The notes under the pieces were generated by a model. It worked only from the letters and a program-made list of their open reading frames with translations. It had not been told where the DNA came from and searched no databases. A stretch of 64,000 nt of DNA from Mytilus edulis. Its lineage: Eukaryota. Within the stretch, counting starts at the first letter, position 1; each line of letters opens with the position of its first letter. The translations under genes were made by a program, and so were the position numbers. This document shows positions 39,901-53,460 of the stretch, in pieces. The stretch covers positions 32,364,001-32,428,000 of the forward strand of contig NC_092352.1 in assembly GCF_963676685.1 (NCBI RefSeq). The letters run 5' to 3'.

Positions 39901-42900
39901 TGCCCTGAAATTTTCAGATGAATCACAATCCGTTGTTGGGTTGCTGCCCCTGAATATGTAATTTTAAGGAAATTTTGCTGTTTTTGGTTATTATCTTGAA
40001 TATTATTATAGATAAAGATAAACTGTAAACAGCAATAATGTTCAGAAAAGTAAGATTTACAAATAAGTCAACACGACCGAAATGGTCAATTGACCCCTTT
40101 AGGAGTTATTGCCCTTTATAGTCAATTTTTAACCATTTTTTGTAAATCTTAGTCATCTTTTAGAAAATCTTCTCCTCTGAAACTACTGGGCCAAATCAAA
40201 CCAAACATGGCCACAATCATCATTGGGGTATCTAGTTTTAAAAATGTGTCCGGTGACCCGGTCAACCAACCAAGATGGCCACCATGGCTAAAAATAGAAC
40301 ATGGGGGTAAAATGCAGTTTTTGGCTTATAACTCAAAACCAAAGCATTTAGAGCAAATCTGACAGGAAGTAAAATTGTTGATCAGGTCACGATCTATCTG
40401 CCCTGGAATTTTCAGATGAATCGGATAATCGGTTGTTAGGTTGCTGCCCCTGAATTGGTAATTTTGAGGAAATTTTGCTGTTTTTGTTTATTATCTTGAA
40501 TATTGTTATAGATAGAGATAAACTGTAAACAGCAATAATGTACAGCAAAGTAAGAGCTAAAAATAAGTCAGTGTGACCAAAATAGTCAATTGACCCCCTA
40601 AGGAGTTATTGCCCTTCATAGTCAATTTTTAACAATTTTCTTAAAATTTGAAGATTTTCAATAACATTTTCCACAGAAAGTACTGTTATAGATAGAGATA
40701 ATTGTAAGCAGCAAGAATGTTTAGTTAAGTAAGATCTACAAACACATCACCATCACCAAAACACAATTTTGTCATGAATCCATCTGTGTCCATTGTTTAA
40801 TATTCACATAGACCAAGGTGAGCGACACAGGCTCTTTAGAGCCTCTAGTTTTAATTCCTTTTATACTGGTACACAATTTTAACAAATAAAAATACAAAAA
40901 GTAAAAATTTCAATGCATACTATAAAATAAAAAAGAAATTATGAAAAAATGTAAAGTGTTTACATTCATTTTTAATTTTTTTCAGAATGCTATGAGAGTA
41001 CACATGAGAACACATACCAGTATTTTACCATATGAATGTAAATTTTGTCATCGTAAATTTCGTGAGAAAGCTTCACTACTGCGACATGTAAGAATGCATA
41101 CAGGAGAACGTCCATTTAAATGTAACAGATGTGGCAGGGCATTTGCTGAACATGGAACACTTAACAGACATCTAAAGGCAAAAGGTAGGCAGAGTATTCA
41201 CTTACATAACAAACTCAAAGACATCTACAGATTGAAAAAAGAAAAAGGCATTCATTAACATAACACCTTACAGGCATTTAAAAAAGAAAAGTAATTGGAC
41301 ATTTGCAAACATTTGGTCACGACAATGTGTTTATCGCACGACAGTCTCACTACTGTGGTAAGACACTCTCACAACAGCCACAAGACAGTGACACGACAAA
41401 AATCGTAGAGCAAAAAAAGTACATGTTCAATGTTCGACACACAACAGCGTAACGATGCTCAAAATATCGTGCAACTATCGTACGACAATCACAGATGACC
41501 CGCTATTTGACCAAATTTCATGCCGTAACACTGCATAGATCTGTCGGGTTCATTGTGACCAGGGCTTTACAAGTTAAATTAACATCAACAAATAATCAAG
41601 GCTTTGTATAACATGACTAATTTAAAGACATCTTGAAAAGGTATTCATCAACATATTCAAAACCTTCGGAACAATTGTCTAAAAGTAGGCAGGATACTAC
41701 TAGCATTACACTTTAAAAAAGGCAAATTAACATGATGCATTTATATAATAATTACATTTAAATATTGAAATAGGAAAATAAACAGGTATCTGAAGTCTTA
41801 TGAATGAGAAAATGTATATGCCTTAAACATTTTAGCAGGTAGATTCAAGGCCAATAAAGAAATGTTGCATAAACTACCTTGTCAAAATATGTTGGACACA
41901 GTGGGTTAAAATGTATTACAATGATAGAAAGTGTCCATTTATAAAAGTTTCAAGATGTTGTATTTTATTTCAGTTCCATGTACTGGCCATTCACTACCAA
42001 TTCAACAGGACCAGACAGATTATAATGCTACAGTTTTGTCAGAATTTTCCTCCGTTGTTGCAGATACCCAGCAGTATATCATGTCTGATACTACTGAACA
42101 GCAGGTACAGTATTAGGGTTTTGTTTGGCAGATATCTAGCATTATGTCTATTTTTAAGTAATAAGCAGTAGTTATATACAACTCACTGACAGTAGGGTCC
42201 AAAACAAGAAGTACAAATGGAAGTAAGGGGTAGAAACTTCTTGTTGCATGAAAACTGGAAAATAACAATATATTTTCAGATATAGCTCAGCAAAAGACCT
42301 ATACATTAGAGAGCAGTATTGAGACATGACAAAAATGTAAAGTTTTGTATTTAACATTTTGGTCATTATATTATACATTGAAGTATGGAAATGGAGTTGT
42401 CATTGGCATGTTGAGAAATTGCTTAATTCAATGATAATAATCATGTTCAGTATATATTTTTTTTATCTGATATGAAATCCTCCCTCTTGAAATCTTAGGC
42501 TCAAAACATAATCAAAGAGCAGAATGCTCTGAGGGATACGATTGCCATAGTTTTCATTGACACATGTATAGCAGTTCTGCAACTTTTCATTAAGCAAATA
42601 CGTGAGATTTGGCCAAAATTTAAAAGATCAAAGAGGGAAAAAATAGATCCAAGGATACTGCCGCAAAAAAGCATGAACATGCGTGAGTCTCGCGCATTTT
42701 TGGCAACCCTGGTACAGCTGGATAGTATTATTTATTTTGCAAAACTAATTCAACTGCACATGCAAAATGTAATAATCAGAATAGTCACTCAACTTGAAAA
42801 ATGGCCAATCCCGGATACAATACCATACAAGTGTATGAGCAGCGTACTTATTGTGGGTTTTTTTTGTATCACCGTTAATTCTAGGAGGAACCCCATTTCT

Positions 42901-44660
42901 AACGCTTTAAATATTAATTCCTTTGGGTCAGTGGGCATGACTCCTTTCCGTACACACTCCTCTGTTTAAATTGAGATCGTTCTTAATATAATATGACGTT
43001 TATCGACATCTAACGAGTGTCTTGACGAGTCGTACTGTATTTCAATTTTGACGGAAAATACTTCCGGAAGGGAGACAACTCGAAATGATAATATGGAAGA
43101 CTCCATTTCGGCTGAAGGGGTATTATAGCTAAACCCTTTACGATGTGGACATTTATTTTTATAATTTAAATGATGCATACGATTTAAAATTATGCAACAA
43201 CAATAACCCTCAAAAGCAGACAGACATAGAAATAATCCCATGAGTTTCAAATTAATAAATGAAGCGGGGAATCCAGAGCAACCTCTCAATCTGATACCCC
43301 TTGAAATCAAGAAAACTATACGCATGCGCATTAATGCATAAACAAACCCGCGACTTGCGATTTGGAACAAAAACGTTTATTAAATGATATGATGAATGGT
43401 TCTCCATTTCTTTATGAGACTACAGTATCAAATATCAGTTTCATAACAGTAAAATATAGAAAAACTCCTTCAGTTCTTATATGACAGAAATAGAATTATC
43501 GGAATTCAGAGAACTCTCACATTTATCAAAACTGGGGAATTCCCTCTGACGTGTTTCTAAATTTATAAAAACACTAAATATAAATACTGCTTAATTCTGA
43601 TTTTCCGTGTTGTTAAAAACACGCATATAAGTCAAGGGAAATATCAAACATGACGATTATGAGAAGAACATTACAGGAAAGTTGTTTATGTTCAATCCTT
43701 TTGCTTGTTTTTACCTTTTAAAGCAAGACAATCATAAGAATCTGAGATGTTGCTGAATGTTTAGAATAAAACGGTCGACGTGAAGGAATGCAGCCCTGAG
43801 TCAACGGTAAAAGTCTACAGATTGCTTGAAAGCAATCGTATCCCAAAAACTGGAAGTGGTACATGTATTAATGGCATTTAAATATTTAAAATGTTCTCTA
43901 GAACACAAGACTATTTCAAAATCAAACTCTATTAAATTCCTTAGAAGCTGATTAAATTTCATCTGGCTTAAATCAGGAAGGACTCTACATTCGTTCCAAC
44001 ATACATATAAAAAAAATCAAATTTCTGTGAATGATTATAAATGACATTCATTAGAAAAGCAGTTTATATTGTAATTTTACTGTCTGACACAAAAACATTT
44101 CACTATATCAAATTCGTAGAAACTTATTGCCAACCCACTATATTCATCTACAAAAATCTGAAAAATAAATTATTTTGGTGTGAACTTATAACAAGTATTA
44201 TAAATATTACAAGTTTATTTAGATTGTATAGAAACATAAACATAACTTCTTTTGTTTGCAGGTAGAAGAGGCAACAGAATATGTTGTTGTTCAGACAGGT
44301 TCAGATGACTATCAGAATGTGGAGATCATTACAGAGGAGGAAGTCATAGATGGTATGGAGGTCTCAAGAGATTATATTCTATTAAATGAAGAGGGGGGAA
44401 ATGTCAGAATTGTAGATTCTAAAACTGGAGAGACAATCGCAACAATGCCAGCATCAGCGTTAACTGACTCTTCTTCCTCAGGGGAGATAATTGCCACTAT
44501 ACCACCAAACTATACAGAAGTGGAAGAATCAGTCAGTGATGATCAAATTGCTCAATCACTTATTCAGGCTATTGAAGAGGGAAATACCATTGTAGAAAAT
44601 GTGCAAGTGACAGAAATGCAAATTGTAGAACATAATGAGGATCAAGTTTCTAACAGATGA
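27973..44660 (+). CDS. E4F1: E4F1-like C2H2 zinc-finger transcription factor; exons 27973-28024, 28903-29157, 29964-30069, 30523-30745, 31374-31500, 33056-33134, 33997-34078, 35137-35382, 35674-35826, 37797-37834, 38346-38485, 39121-39338, 40986-41184, 41974-42104, 44262-44660
   Basis: Motifs characteristic of E4F1: [94 protein letters not shown]; junctions are GT-AG and phase-compatible. Confidence 0.92.
29525..29705 (-). mobile_element. Isolated 3' terminus of the Penelope-like family in E4F1 intron 2
   Basis: gataccagagggacagtcaaactcata...aaaactgggggtg matches 22090-22250. Confidence 0.8.
31074..31313 (+). mobile_element. Short HINE-like element in E4F1 intron 4
   Basis: tttttatgcccc...(gttc)n...gggcatccgtgtactagggacacattcttgttt. 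Confidence 0.7.
31404..32381 (+). repeat. Minisatellite, 9 x ~108 bp; unit = 3' 97 bp of E4F1 exon 5 (one C2H2 finger) + first 11 bp of the intron
   Basis: Donor G|GTATTG recurs with GT at 31501, 31609, 31717, 31832, 31940, 32047, 32155, 32263, 32371. Confidence 0.97.
34394..34972. mobile_element. MITE in E4F1 intron 7
   Basis: TIRs aggagtaggtccagtaag / cttaccggacctactcct. Confidence 0.8.
36184..37207. mobile_element. MITE with a 4-bp TSD (ATCT), carrying a nested MITE at 36287-36865
   Basis: atct|ggtccgagaccacaatt ... aattgtggtctcagacc|atct; inner TIRs aggagtaagttcggtaagg / ccttatcgaacatactcct. Confidence 0.8.
38455..38936 (+). repeat. Minisatellite, 11 x 44 bp; unit = 3' 31 bp of E4F1 exon 11 + first 13 bp of the intron
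   Basis: Unit tatctcaaactacatatgaagtcacatatag|gtaggttaatgtt; GT at 38486 and every 44 bp to 38926. Confidence 0.97.
39578..40852 (+). mobile_element. HINE-like element with two ~500-bp internal repeats, E4F1 intron 12
   Basis: tttttagctcacctg...(cgt)n...aggtgagcgacacaggctctttagagcctctagtttt: subterminal IR plus 3' hairpin; 39665-40135 repeated at 40163-40630. Confidence 0.8.
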
Positions 44661-46351
44661 TGATAATCCTTATTTATATTAAAGTTCTTTTGAAACATAC
44701 TAATAAAAAGAAATTGTTCTGTTATTTTACAGTGCATGGCAATGTCAACTAAGCCTGATCTTTGTTTTTAGATGGAGGGTTCAAATATGTTTATGCCGCT
44801 GATACTTTGAGCAAAAACTATAGTAGATGAACAGAAAACAGAAAAAATGTTCAGCAAATCAAGATCAACAAAAAAAAAATATAATTCATGAATTATATTC
44901 TAATCTTTAATGTAGGAGAGAGGCAATTTTTAGTAAAATGCATAAAACCAGGTGAGAAGCAAAAGCTTTTTAGAGCATCTTTTTTTTTTTACTCACAAGG
45001 ATTTCCTTCCAAAAGAAAAATAGGCTATGATGAAACATTCTTTCTTTTTCACATACTTGGGAATCAAAGAATTGACACATAATTCCCTTGCAATTGAAAT
45101 CTGTTATTGTGTACATGATTACGATCATGAACAAATAATCTATTCACAGACAAAATATCTATAAAACCCTTTATACATTAATAGTTCTAAGCTTCACATT
45201 TTATCCAAAATCTTAACTGACAATTAAATTGAGGTTAAGGCTGTAATATTGTGTCGGAAGGAAAATCTCCTAAAAAAAAACCACATACTGGTACCTAATA
45301 TTGTTGACCTATCATGGATAATTGCAGAAAAACATAACTGGATCAACAAAGCCATATGTTATAATCTTTTGAAATGTGATGATCATGGAAGGCTGTTCAA
45401 TATCCAGAAACAAATTAAATGCATATTCAGGATAAGAACAAGTTAATATGAAATTAAAATGAACCCTTCTATATTTTCAACTAACCCTGTCAGCTGAACT
45501 TAATGTGATAGATCAGTTTGCCTGCTTCTTGTCATAGTTGAATGTATGTTGAAAGTTTTACTACTAGTATCACATAAACTGAACATTATCAATGATCCAT
45601 GAAAATCAGGTGTAGGTCAGATGAACCCTGTCAGATAGACACTTACACCTTACAATCATACTATATTCCAAATAAAGGTTTGAGTATTGCTTATAAAATC
45701 TAAAAATCTGACCTTATTGCAAAATTAAACATGGACTTATGAACCATAAAAATGAGGTCATGGTCAGATGAACCCTGCCAGAACAACATGCACACCATGC
45801 AATCATTCCATATACCAAATATGGCAGATCTACTGCTTATACAAATGTATATCCAATTAATGGACAAACCCAAGAAAATAAGGTCAAAAGTCAATTAAAA
45901 AACATACAGGTTATGTTCTTCTATATTTTATGATAGTATGATACTAAACCATTAACAGGAGGGATTGGGCTTGATTTTCATAGGTTGAAGTAATAATCTT
46001 TCAATCAGTTTAACTGAGGTCTTGAGTTGGCATGACTGTAACTGATAGTAGTCCTTTGTTTATGTATCATCGTCAAATATGCTTAGTTGCTTTTGTTCCT
46101 TTTTTTAACTTCGCAGTAACTTTAAAGTAAATTTAAGTAGTTTTACCATGCTTTTACTGAGTTTGAATATTCTTCATTTGCTAGAGCTAACGAGAGGGTC
46201 CAGATCTCGCATAACAAGTTTAACCCCACCATTTTTTTGTACCAGTTCCAGGTCGGAGCCTCTGACCTTGGTTAGAATTGTCATATGTGTTTTAAAATTT
46301 GTTTCATTTTCATGTTTCAAAGTTTAGTGTGAATTCCATTTTTGCTGAACT

Positions 46352-46767
46352 GGTCCAAGGACACAGTTATCGTCCTATGGTTTTTGTTGTCCCTAGTGTA
46401 AACAGTATATAACTTGCATGTTTTATTTGATACACTTTCCCCAATTTATTTCTTGATATTAAATAGGGGGATGTAATTACATGTTAAAGTGCTGAATCTT
46501 TATGTTAAGTAGTGATTTGGTCCAGTTCAAAAAGGTCAAATTTTATCACGTCTGAAGCTGTCAAACTAAATATTACACCCCCGTAATACAGAATTGTCAA
46601 TATTTTGAGTTAGAGCTGGTAGAAGTTTCTATAATTTTGATATTATTTGTCTCAATGGTGGTACACTACACTGTAAAAATCTTTTTGAGAAAGAGCAGAT
46701 GCGATTTTTTTAATTTGAATATATTGTCTAAATGAAATGCACTACAAAATAACTGTGTTCTCGGGCC
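46352..46767. mobile_element. Diverged, uninterrupted copy of the 36184-37207 MITE family, TSD AACT
   Basis: aact|ggtccaaggacacagtt ... aactgtgttctcgggcc|aact; internal similarity (gtagtgatttggtccag, gaaatgcactac). Confidence 0.7.
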
Positions 46768-47017
46768 AACTAGTACATTTCTTATATGGGGAAATCTGAT
46801 GACTGCCCCTTTGCAGGATTTTCTCAATCTGTTGAAAAACCATTGGTGTCCTAGGGCTGTTTTCTTTATTTGCTTTGGCACATTCCCCATTTCCATTTCA
46901 GTACTACCTTATATAATTTACAATAATGGCAGGTTACACTTTCATTGCTGGATAGTAATTCCAAAGGACAAATGGAACAAATGTCAAAGTAAACAAATGG
47001 GGAATGTGGGTGTTTAT

Positions 47018-47245
47018 TAGGGATGACATCAAAAGTTCAATGAAGGATAAAAAACTTAATTCACATAGTTTTTTCACTGACCCCCCCCCCCCCCCTTCTT
47101 AACTTAATTTGGGAAAAATTGATTGACCCATATAGATATATATGTAAAATCAATGTTGGATAATCACATCTTGCAGCAGTTCAACCCCCAAACTATTTGA
47201 ATTAAGGTTTTTTATCTTACACTGATCCTTTGATGTCGTCCCTTA
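47018..47245. mobile_element. Small MITE
   Basis: TIRs tagggatgacatcaaaag / cctttgatgtcgtccctta. Confidence 0.65.
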
Positions 47246-47311
47246 AAGCATTATGCTTTGGTTGTAGTTGATTCAACTACAATAATGGACAAAGGAAGAT
47301 AACTCCTATTT

Positions 47312-48495
47312 TAACAAGAGTGCACACACTGAAATGTCTCGCCTTCTTTACTAATCCTTGATACTATCTTGATAGACCTAAATATAAAGCTTTATTACAA
47401 CTGTCACATAAACTCAACATTAACCAAGAAAATGAAACATTGATTAATGACCCATGAAAATGAGGTCGAGGTCAGATGAACCATGCCAGGCAGACATGTA
47501 CAGCTAACAATTCTTTATTACAACAAATATAGTTGACTTATTGCTTATAAATATTAAAAGAAAAACAGACCAAAACACAAACACTTAAAATAAAATTAAC
47601 GGTACCAATTTTCTTGCACCAGATGCACATTTCGACAAAACATGTCTCTTCAGTGATGCTCGTGACCAAAATATTTGAAATAAAACTTAGCAATGGACCG
47701 TGAAAATGAGGTCAAGGTCAAATAAAACCTATGTAACCAACATATAGATCATAAAATATTTCCATACACCAAATATAGTTGACCTAATGCATAAAGTATT
47801 AGAAAAATAGACCAAAACTAAAAAACTTAACTTTGACCACTGAACCATGAAAATGAGGTCAAGGTCAGATGACACCTGTCAGCTAGACATGTACACCTTA
47901 CAATCATTCCCTACACCAATTATAGTAGACCTATTGCATATAGTATAAGAAAAACAGACCAAAACACAAAAACTTAACTATAACCACTGAACCATGAAAA
48001 TGAGGTCAAGGTCAGATGACACCTGCCAGTTGGACATGTACACCTTACAGTCCTTCCATACACCGAATATACTAGCCCTATTGCTTATAGTATCTGAGAT
48101 ATGGACTTGACCACCAAAACTTAACCTTGTTCACTGATCCATGAAATGAGGTCAAGGTCAAGTGAAACCGGTCTGACAGGCATGAGGACCTTGCAAGGTA
48201 CGCACATACCAAATATAGTTGTCCAATTACTTATAATAAGAGAGAATTTAACATTACAAAAAATCTGAACTTTTTTTTCAAGTAGTCACTGAACCATGAA
48301 AATGAGGTCAAGGACATTGGACATGTGACTGACGGAAAGTTCGTAACATGAGGAATCTATATACAAAGTATGCAGCATCCAGGTCTTCTACCTTCTAAAA
48401 TATAAAGCTTTCAAGAAGTGAGCTAACACCGCCGCCGCCGGATCACTATCCCTATGTCGAGCTTTCTGCAACAAAAGTTGCAGGCTCGACAAAAA
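47312..48495 (-). mobile_element. HINE-like element with ~145-bp internal tandem repeats
   Basis: Repeated ccatgaaaatgaggtcaaggtca units, (gcc)n near the end, terminal gctcgacaaaaa; related decayed units at 45570-45900. Confidence 0.75.
47616..47659 (-). ncRNA. Minimal type I hammerhead ribozyme, apparently intact
   Basis: Minus strand gcatca CUGAAGA gaca-uguuu-uguc GAAA u-gugc-a UC^ uggugc: full catalytic core, 4-bp stem II, 6-bp stem I, short stem III. Confidence 0.8.
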
Positions 48496-48529
48496 TTACT
48501 TTTAACAATTACAATAGATATTTTTAGAA

Positions 48530-48899
48530 AATATATTAGATTCCTATATTTCCATTTGTAAAGTAACACCACCAAAATTCAAACTTGATCTCGATTTTGT
48601 AATAATACGCATTGTGTAAAAGTTTAATAACTTTTGGTTGAGACGAACTTAAATAGAGAATGGAAACAATTTTCATTTGTAAAGGGCATAACTCTAGAAA
48701 AGTAAAAGTGACACCACCAAAATGTAAACTTGATCTGTGTTTTGTGGTAATAAGCATTTTGTATATTTATTTTATAACATTTGGTTGATGCAAAATAAAG
48801 TTAGAACTTAAGAACAGAAACCAACTTTGGGACATATGTACATACAGACAGACAAGGGTAAAACTTAATGCCCCCTCAGTTAAGATGGGGGCATAAAAA
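48530..48899 (-). mobile_element. HINE-like element relic
   Basis: Repeated caccaccaaaat..aaacttgatct units, (caga)n, end atgccccc...gggggcataaaaa; related units at 62960-63335. Confidence 0.6.
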
Positions 48900-49426
48900 C
48901 AGATTATGCATGAAAATATTAATTCATTATAGAACCACATAAATCAAGGTCTGACTGATGTTTAAATATAATTTTGGAAGGGATTCTTGAATCATTTAAA
49001 TTTCCATCTCCAAGTCATGAATAAGAAACACAAATACATCATGAAATTTAATCAGCTATAACAACATTTAACATGATGACTTGACAAAGAGATTCTATGA
49101 TGTAAGAATTAATTGAACTCTCCAGAGTTCATAATGTGTTATGTATATCATTTTTGATTTAAGATATTATGTCGTCTTTCCTTAATAGAATATTTCAATA
49201 TCCATAACTTCAGTAGCAATATATTTTTCTTTTCTTTTTCAACATTTCACAACATGTTTATATAACAGTTAAATTCTAAAAGACTAGATAATTTGAAAAT
49301 TTAACGTTCAAGTTCTACTAATTTTTTATGAGTAAAAGTCACACATTTTCTTAATAAATGATGGAGGTTTGTTATACAAAATAAGTTTACAATATGTACA
49401 AACAATTTACACAAGACTAAAAAGTT

Positions 49427-52400
49427 CTACAATGAAGGATCCCTGAATCTGGAAGCTTGTTCTTTTACTCGTCTTTCATATTCTGTTCTGTTTTGACTGA
49501 AAGAAAAGATGAGATGCAATAATAAATAAAATGTTTTAGTGTCTTTTATTCTTTTTCAAAAAGTCCTGGGGTAAAGCAAGGTTAGTAATGTCACTTAAAA
49601 CATAAACCTTGACAACTTTCTGATTTTACTTTGTAAGTGTATAACATGTTGGTATATGATCTAAATACCAGTACTGTCTGTCAGAAGAATTTTGTCAGAT
49701 TTTATGGACTTCCACTTTATGAATTTACCTCAATATTTTTGTTTAACTTCTTTAAAAGACTTTTTTATACTTAGACGTATCTGACAGTTTTGTTAATTAC
49801 ATGTAATACCTACCAATAAATTGTGTAAGCCTCTGCCTGTGCTGGATCTTTTATGTTAGGTTCATTCAATAATTCTTGTATACCAAGTAAAATCTGTCAA
49901 TCAAAAAATATAACACATTATTGTCACATATAAGCCACATTTCTCAAAGAATTCTTTCTAGCACTCTGAAGAGTTCAGTGCACTTGAACACATGATTCAA
50001 AATAATACTTTCAAGTAATTTAATTATCTTAAGTACTGATAATGGAAAGGTAACACTTGCAAATTTTCAAAAGCAAATAATTTATAGTAATTTTACAAAT
50101 AGTGCTGTTACTATGACAAAATTGCCCATTTATGCTGCCCATTTTTTGCAAAAAACAATACCCATGTAGTTGTGTTTTCTGTCTGCTCTAACACATTGCA
50201 TTCCTATCGGTACCCTTACAGTTTTGAAGGAAATTGGTCAAACAATGTTAAAAAGCTGGCATGTTTTGCCATTTAACAAACCTGTTTTATTGTAACTGCA
50301 GGCCTCCAATCTTTTTCTTCATCAAGCAGTGAAAGACAAACTGTTCCTGATGGATAAACATTGGGATGGAAAAGTGGAGGTTCAAATTTACCTGCAACAG
50401 AAAAAAATAAATTAAAGAAATAAGCAAGTTGATTAAAAAAGAGTAAGATGTTCTGATTATCATGTTTTTTTCTTCATATTGATACAGTAAATTATCATGT
50501 GGAAGTCACAATATGATGTTTTTTTGACAAGTGAGTACAGCAAAGGAGTTCATACTATGAAAAAGGTATGGCAGTCAACATTTTTGATAACCTATTGAGG
50601 TTATGTTGAGCTTATTTGACACCACAAAGCCATTATTAGCAGCTTCCCAAACTGTGAGATAAAGGCACAAGTATGATTGCTAATAAGTTTTTAAAAAGTC
50701 CACACTAATGACCTTGATGATACATACTAACATGTTACCAAAGCACTCTAAAACCAATAAATCAACATCAATATGTTATTATTCCAGTGAGTACATCATC
50801 TCTTTGGATTAACTGTGTGATTACAATTAACAATTATTTTCTGGTATTTCAGTACACTGCATTTTTATTTTGACAATTGCAATTGGAGAATACAAACTGT
50901 GTTGAACAGTTCAACTGTGAGTTTTATAACAAACAAGCTATGTTTATCTGATGAAACAAACTTTGTTTATCTGATGATTCAAACAGTCACAAGGGTATTA
51001 AAGACTAAACAAATAGCATTGAGTTACCAAAGATAAATTACAAATGCAACCAGCAGAATGATAGATGAGGAACATGGTCATTAAATTTACCCATGTCAGA
51101 ATGAAATAATATTACTACTTTGTAAATAAATCTTACATTTAGGAGGTGAGCTAGGATAGTCTTCTTTAAATAACATTCTTAATCTGTATAATCCTCCTTC
51201 CCATGGTGTCTGAAAATAATCATTTGTAAATATAATTTTTATAATAAGTTGATGATCCTATCTAGTAGCAAATGTTACATGCATATCAGGACAGGAAAAT
51301 GTTAATGTGATGTGACAAATATTCCATGAGTATGAAACTGGTAATATCGCAGTCCCACAAGGCCACGATCGCACAATTTGTAAAAAAATGAAAATTTTGA
51401 TGATCATATTACGATCGTGTAGATTGCATTAAGGTCGTATCATGGTCGTGGTGAGGTCTTCCAAGATCGTGATGAGCGTGGCCAACTTTGAACATGTTCA
51501 AAACAATCGTGGTGCGGTCGCAGTGAAATCAGGTCAAAGATCTCAAAGGTCGCTGTACCTTCGTAGCGAATTTCTATTCAGAGAGACTCCGCTACGATAT
51601 CACAGAGACGTTATTACGACCTCACTACGACCATCACTTTCTCACCACGACCCAAGCACACTTCAACTACAACCATACCACGTTTCCACCAAGCTGTTCA
51701 AAACCACAATACCATTCTAGCACGCCCTTGTCGTCCTCATCACACTCTTCTTACAACCACACTACGTTCATACTACGACTATCATTCTCATTGTCATTTT
51801 CTTGTCATTTTGAATTTCTCTAACGGCTCAACCATGCTTCTCATTTTTATATAGATTAGACTGTTGGTTTTCTTGTTTGAATAGTTTTACACTAGTAATT
51901 TTTGGACCCTTCATAGCTTGCTGTTCGGTGTGAGCCAAGGTTCCGTGTTGAAGGCCGTACCTTGAACTATAATGGTTTACTTTTTTAAATTGTTACTTGG
52001 ATGGAGAGTTGTCTCATTAACACTCATACCACATCTTCCTATATCTATTGACACATCTGTGTCATCTCTGTTATCGTTCACTAAAATATCGTTATTTGAA
52101 CTTGATGGACCAGCAATAGGTTGTAATTCAGGTTGGATTGGTTGGTCCGACATCTCTTCTGGATCAGGATCTGTTACTTTAAGGTGACCCTTTGCCTCTA
52201 CATCAACCCTTACCACCACGGCCACGTGTTCTAGTAGATTTTGGTGGCATGACTGTATTGTTTTTAAGAAATCTACGTATTAATCAGAAATAGAAGGAAT
52301 GGAACTGTATATATGAAACACCATGTTGACGTTATTGCTGAGAACTGAGAGCGTAGTAAGATTGCGGTATAAACGTATTATAATCGTGGTAGAGCATGCC

Positions 52401-53460
52401 ACAATCGCAGTAGAAGCGTGGTGCAATCGGATAACTCGTGATATGGTCGTAGTGGGAACGTGATGAGCGTCGAAAGATCTTGATAAGTGTAGTGAGGTTG
52501 CAGGATAAGCGCAATGAGAACGTGGTATAATCGTAGCGGGATTGTTGTAGAAGGGTAATGAGGATGTAGTAGCATTGTGAAAGCAACGAAAAATTACATT
52601 TTTATGCCGCTCATACCGCGACCTCACCACAATCTGAATTTATTTTAGATCGCGGTGAGCGTGGTTCGATCGTTGTCTAGTGGGACTGGGGATTTAGGTA
52701 CAATAATGAGCTGGTTTTTAAACAAGGTAGGTAACAAGGTTTCAGTCCTCAGGAATACATTTAATACAACAAAGAATCATTATTCTGACCAGTCATAGCT
52801 CCTACTCCTAAATGCAATGTACTAAGCATAAAAGCTTCAAATATCAATTTTCAACTACATGTATTTGGTTTGACCTAGTCTGGGTTAGAAAGATAAAACT
52901 AGTAAGCATATTGACAAAACTAAAAAAAAGTACTTGAAAAATGCTTTACAGTTCATCTGTGCATATTTACATATATATATATATATATATACAAGAGTCA
53001 TGAGAGTATTGGGAACCAAATTTCAGTGTTTATATATTTAGTGGTTATCCTGGCTTCCAATCTTTCCAAAAAATATATGAAATCATTATTTACCCCTTTC
53101 TTGCCTGGTATTGCACATTCCCAATTCAATAAATTTAATGTTCCATCTGGATTTTTGGTTGGTCTGGCTACAAAACCCTGCAAAGGAAAATAATATAACA
53201 ACATACTCTCCCTCAAAATAAATTAAATCCTACAGAATATTTGTTACAGGAATATTAAAATGACAAATACAGTGCACTTTTTTATTTACAATACTTCTTG
53301 AACAATACAACAAGGAACTCAATGACATTAATGTAATTCTATGAAATAATTTTCTTGTTTTTAGTCTATAATAATATATAATAGTTTGACTTACAAATGG
53401 GTGATCTTTCCTCCAAGCTTTTCTTTCTTCACTCAGTCTTCCTACAGCTATGCCAGACAT
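49427..53460 (-). CDS. UBE2I: SUMO-conjugating enzyme UBC9, 160 aa; exons 53460-53395, 53177-53094, 51209-51137, 50391-50282, 49893-49814, 49496-49427
   Basis: Spliced translation [56 protein letters not shown]...[70 protein letters not shown]. Confidence 0.98.
51348..52691. mobile_element. GC-richer non-autonomous DNA transposon in a UBC9 intron, with a ~195-bp dispersed repeat nested at about 51853-52048
   Basis: TIRs cagtcccac.ag.c.acgatcg / cgatcgttgtctagtgggactg; the nested repeat end gttgtctcatt..ca.tcataccacatct also occurs near 3068 and 12612. Confidence 0.65.

Noticed and set aside
42673-43370. 98- and 134-aa ORFs in the last E4F1 intron
   Set aside because: No recognisable domain or splice context; probably unclassified repeat DNA whose ends I could not define.
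51442-52630. Several overlapping short ORFs in a UBC9 intron
   Set aside because: They lie inside a GC-richer TIR element with no recognisable domain; at most a decayed transposon ORF.
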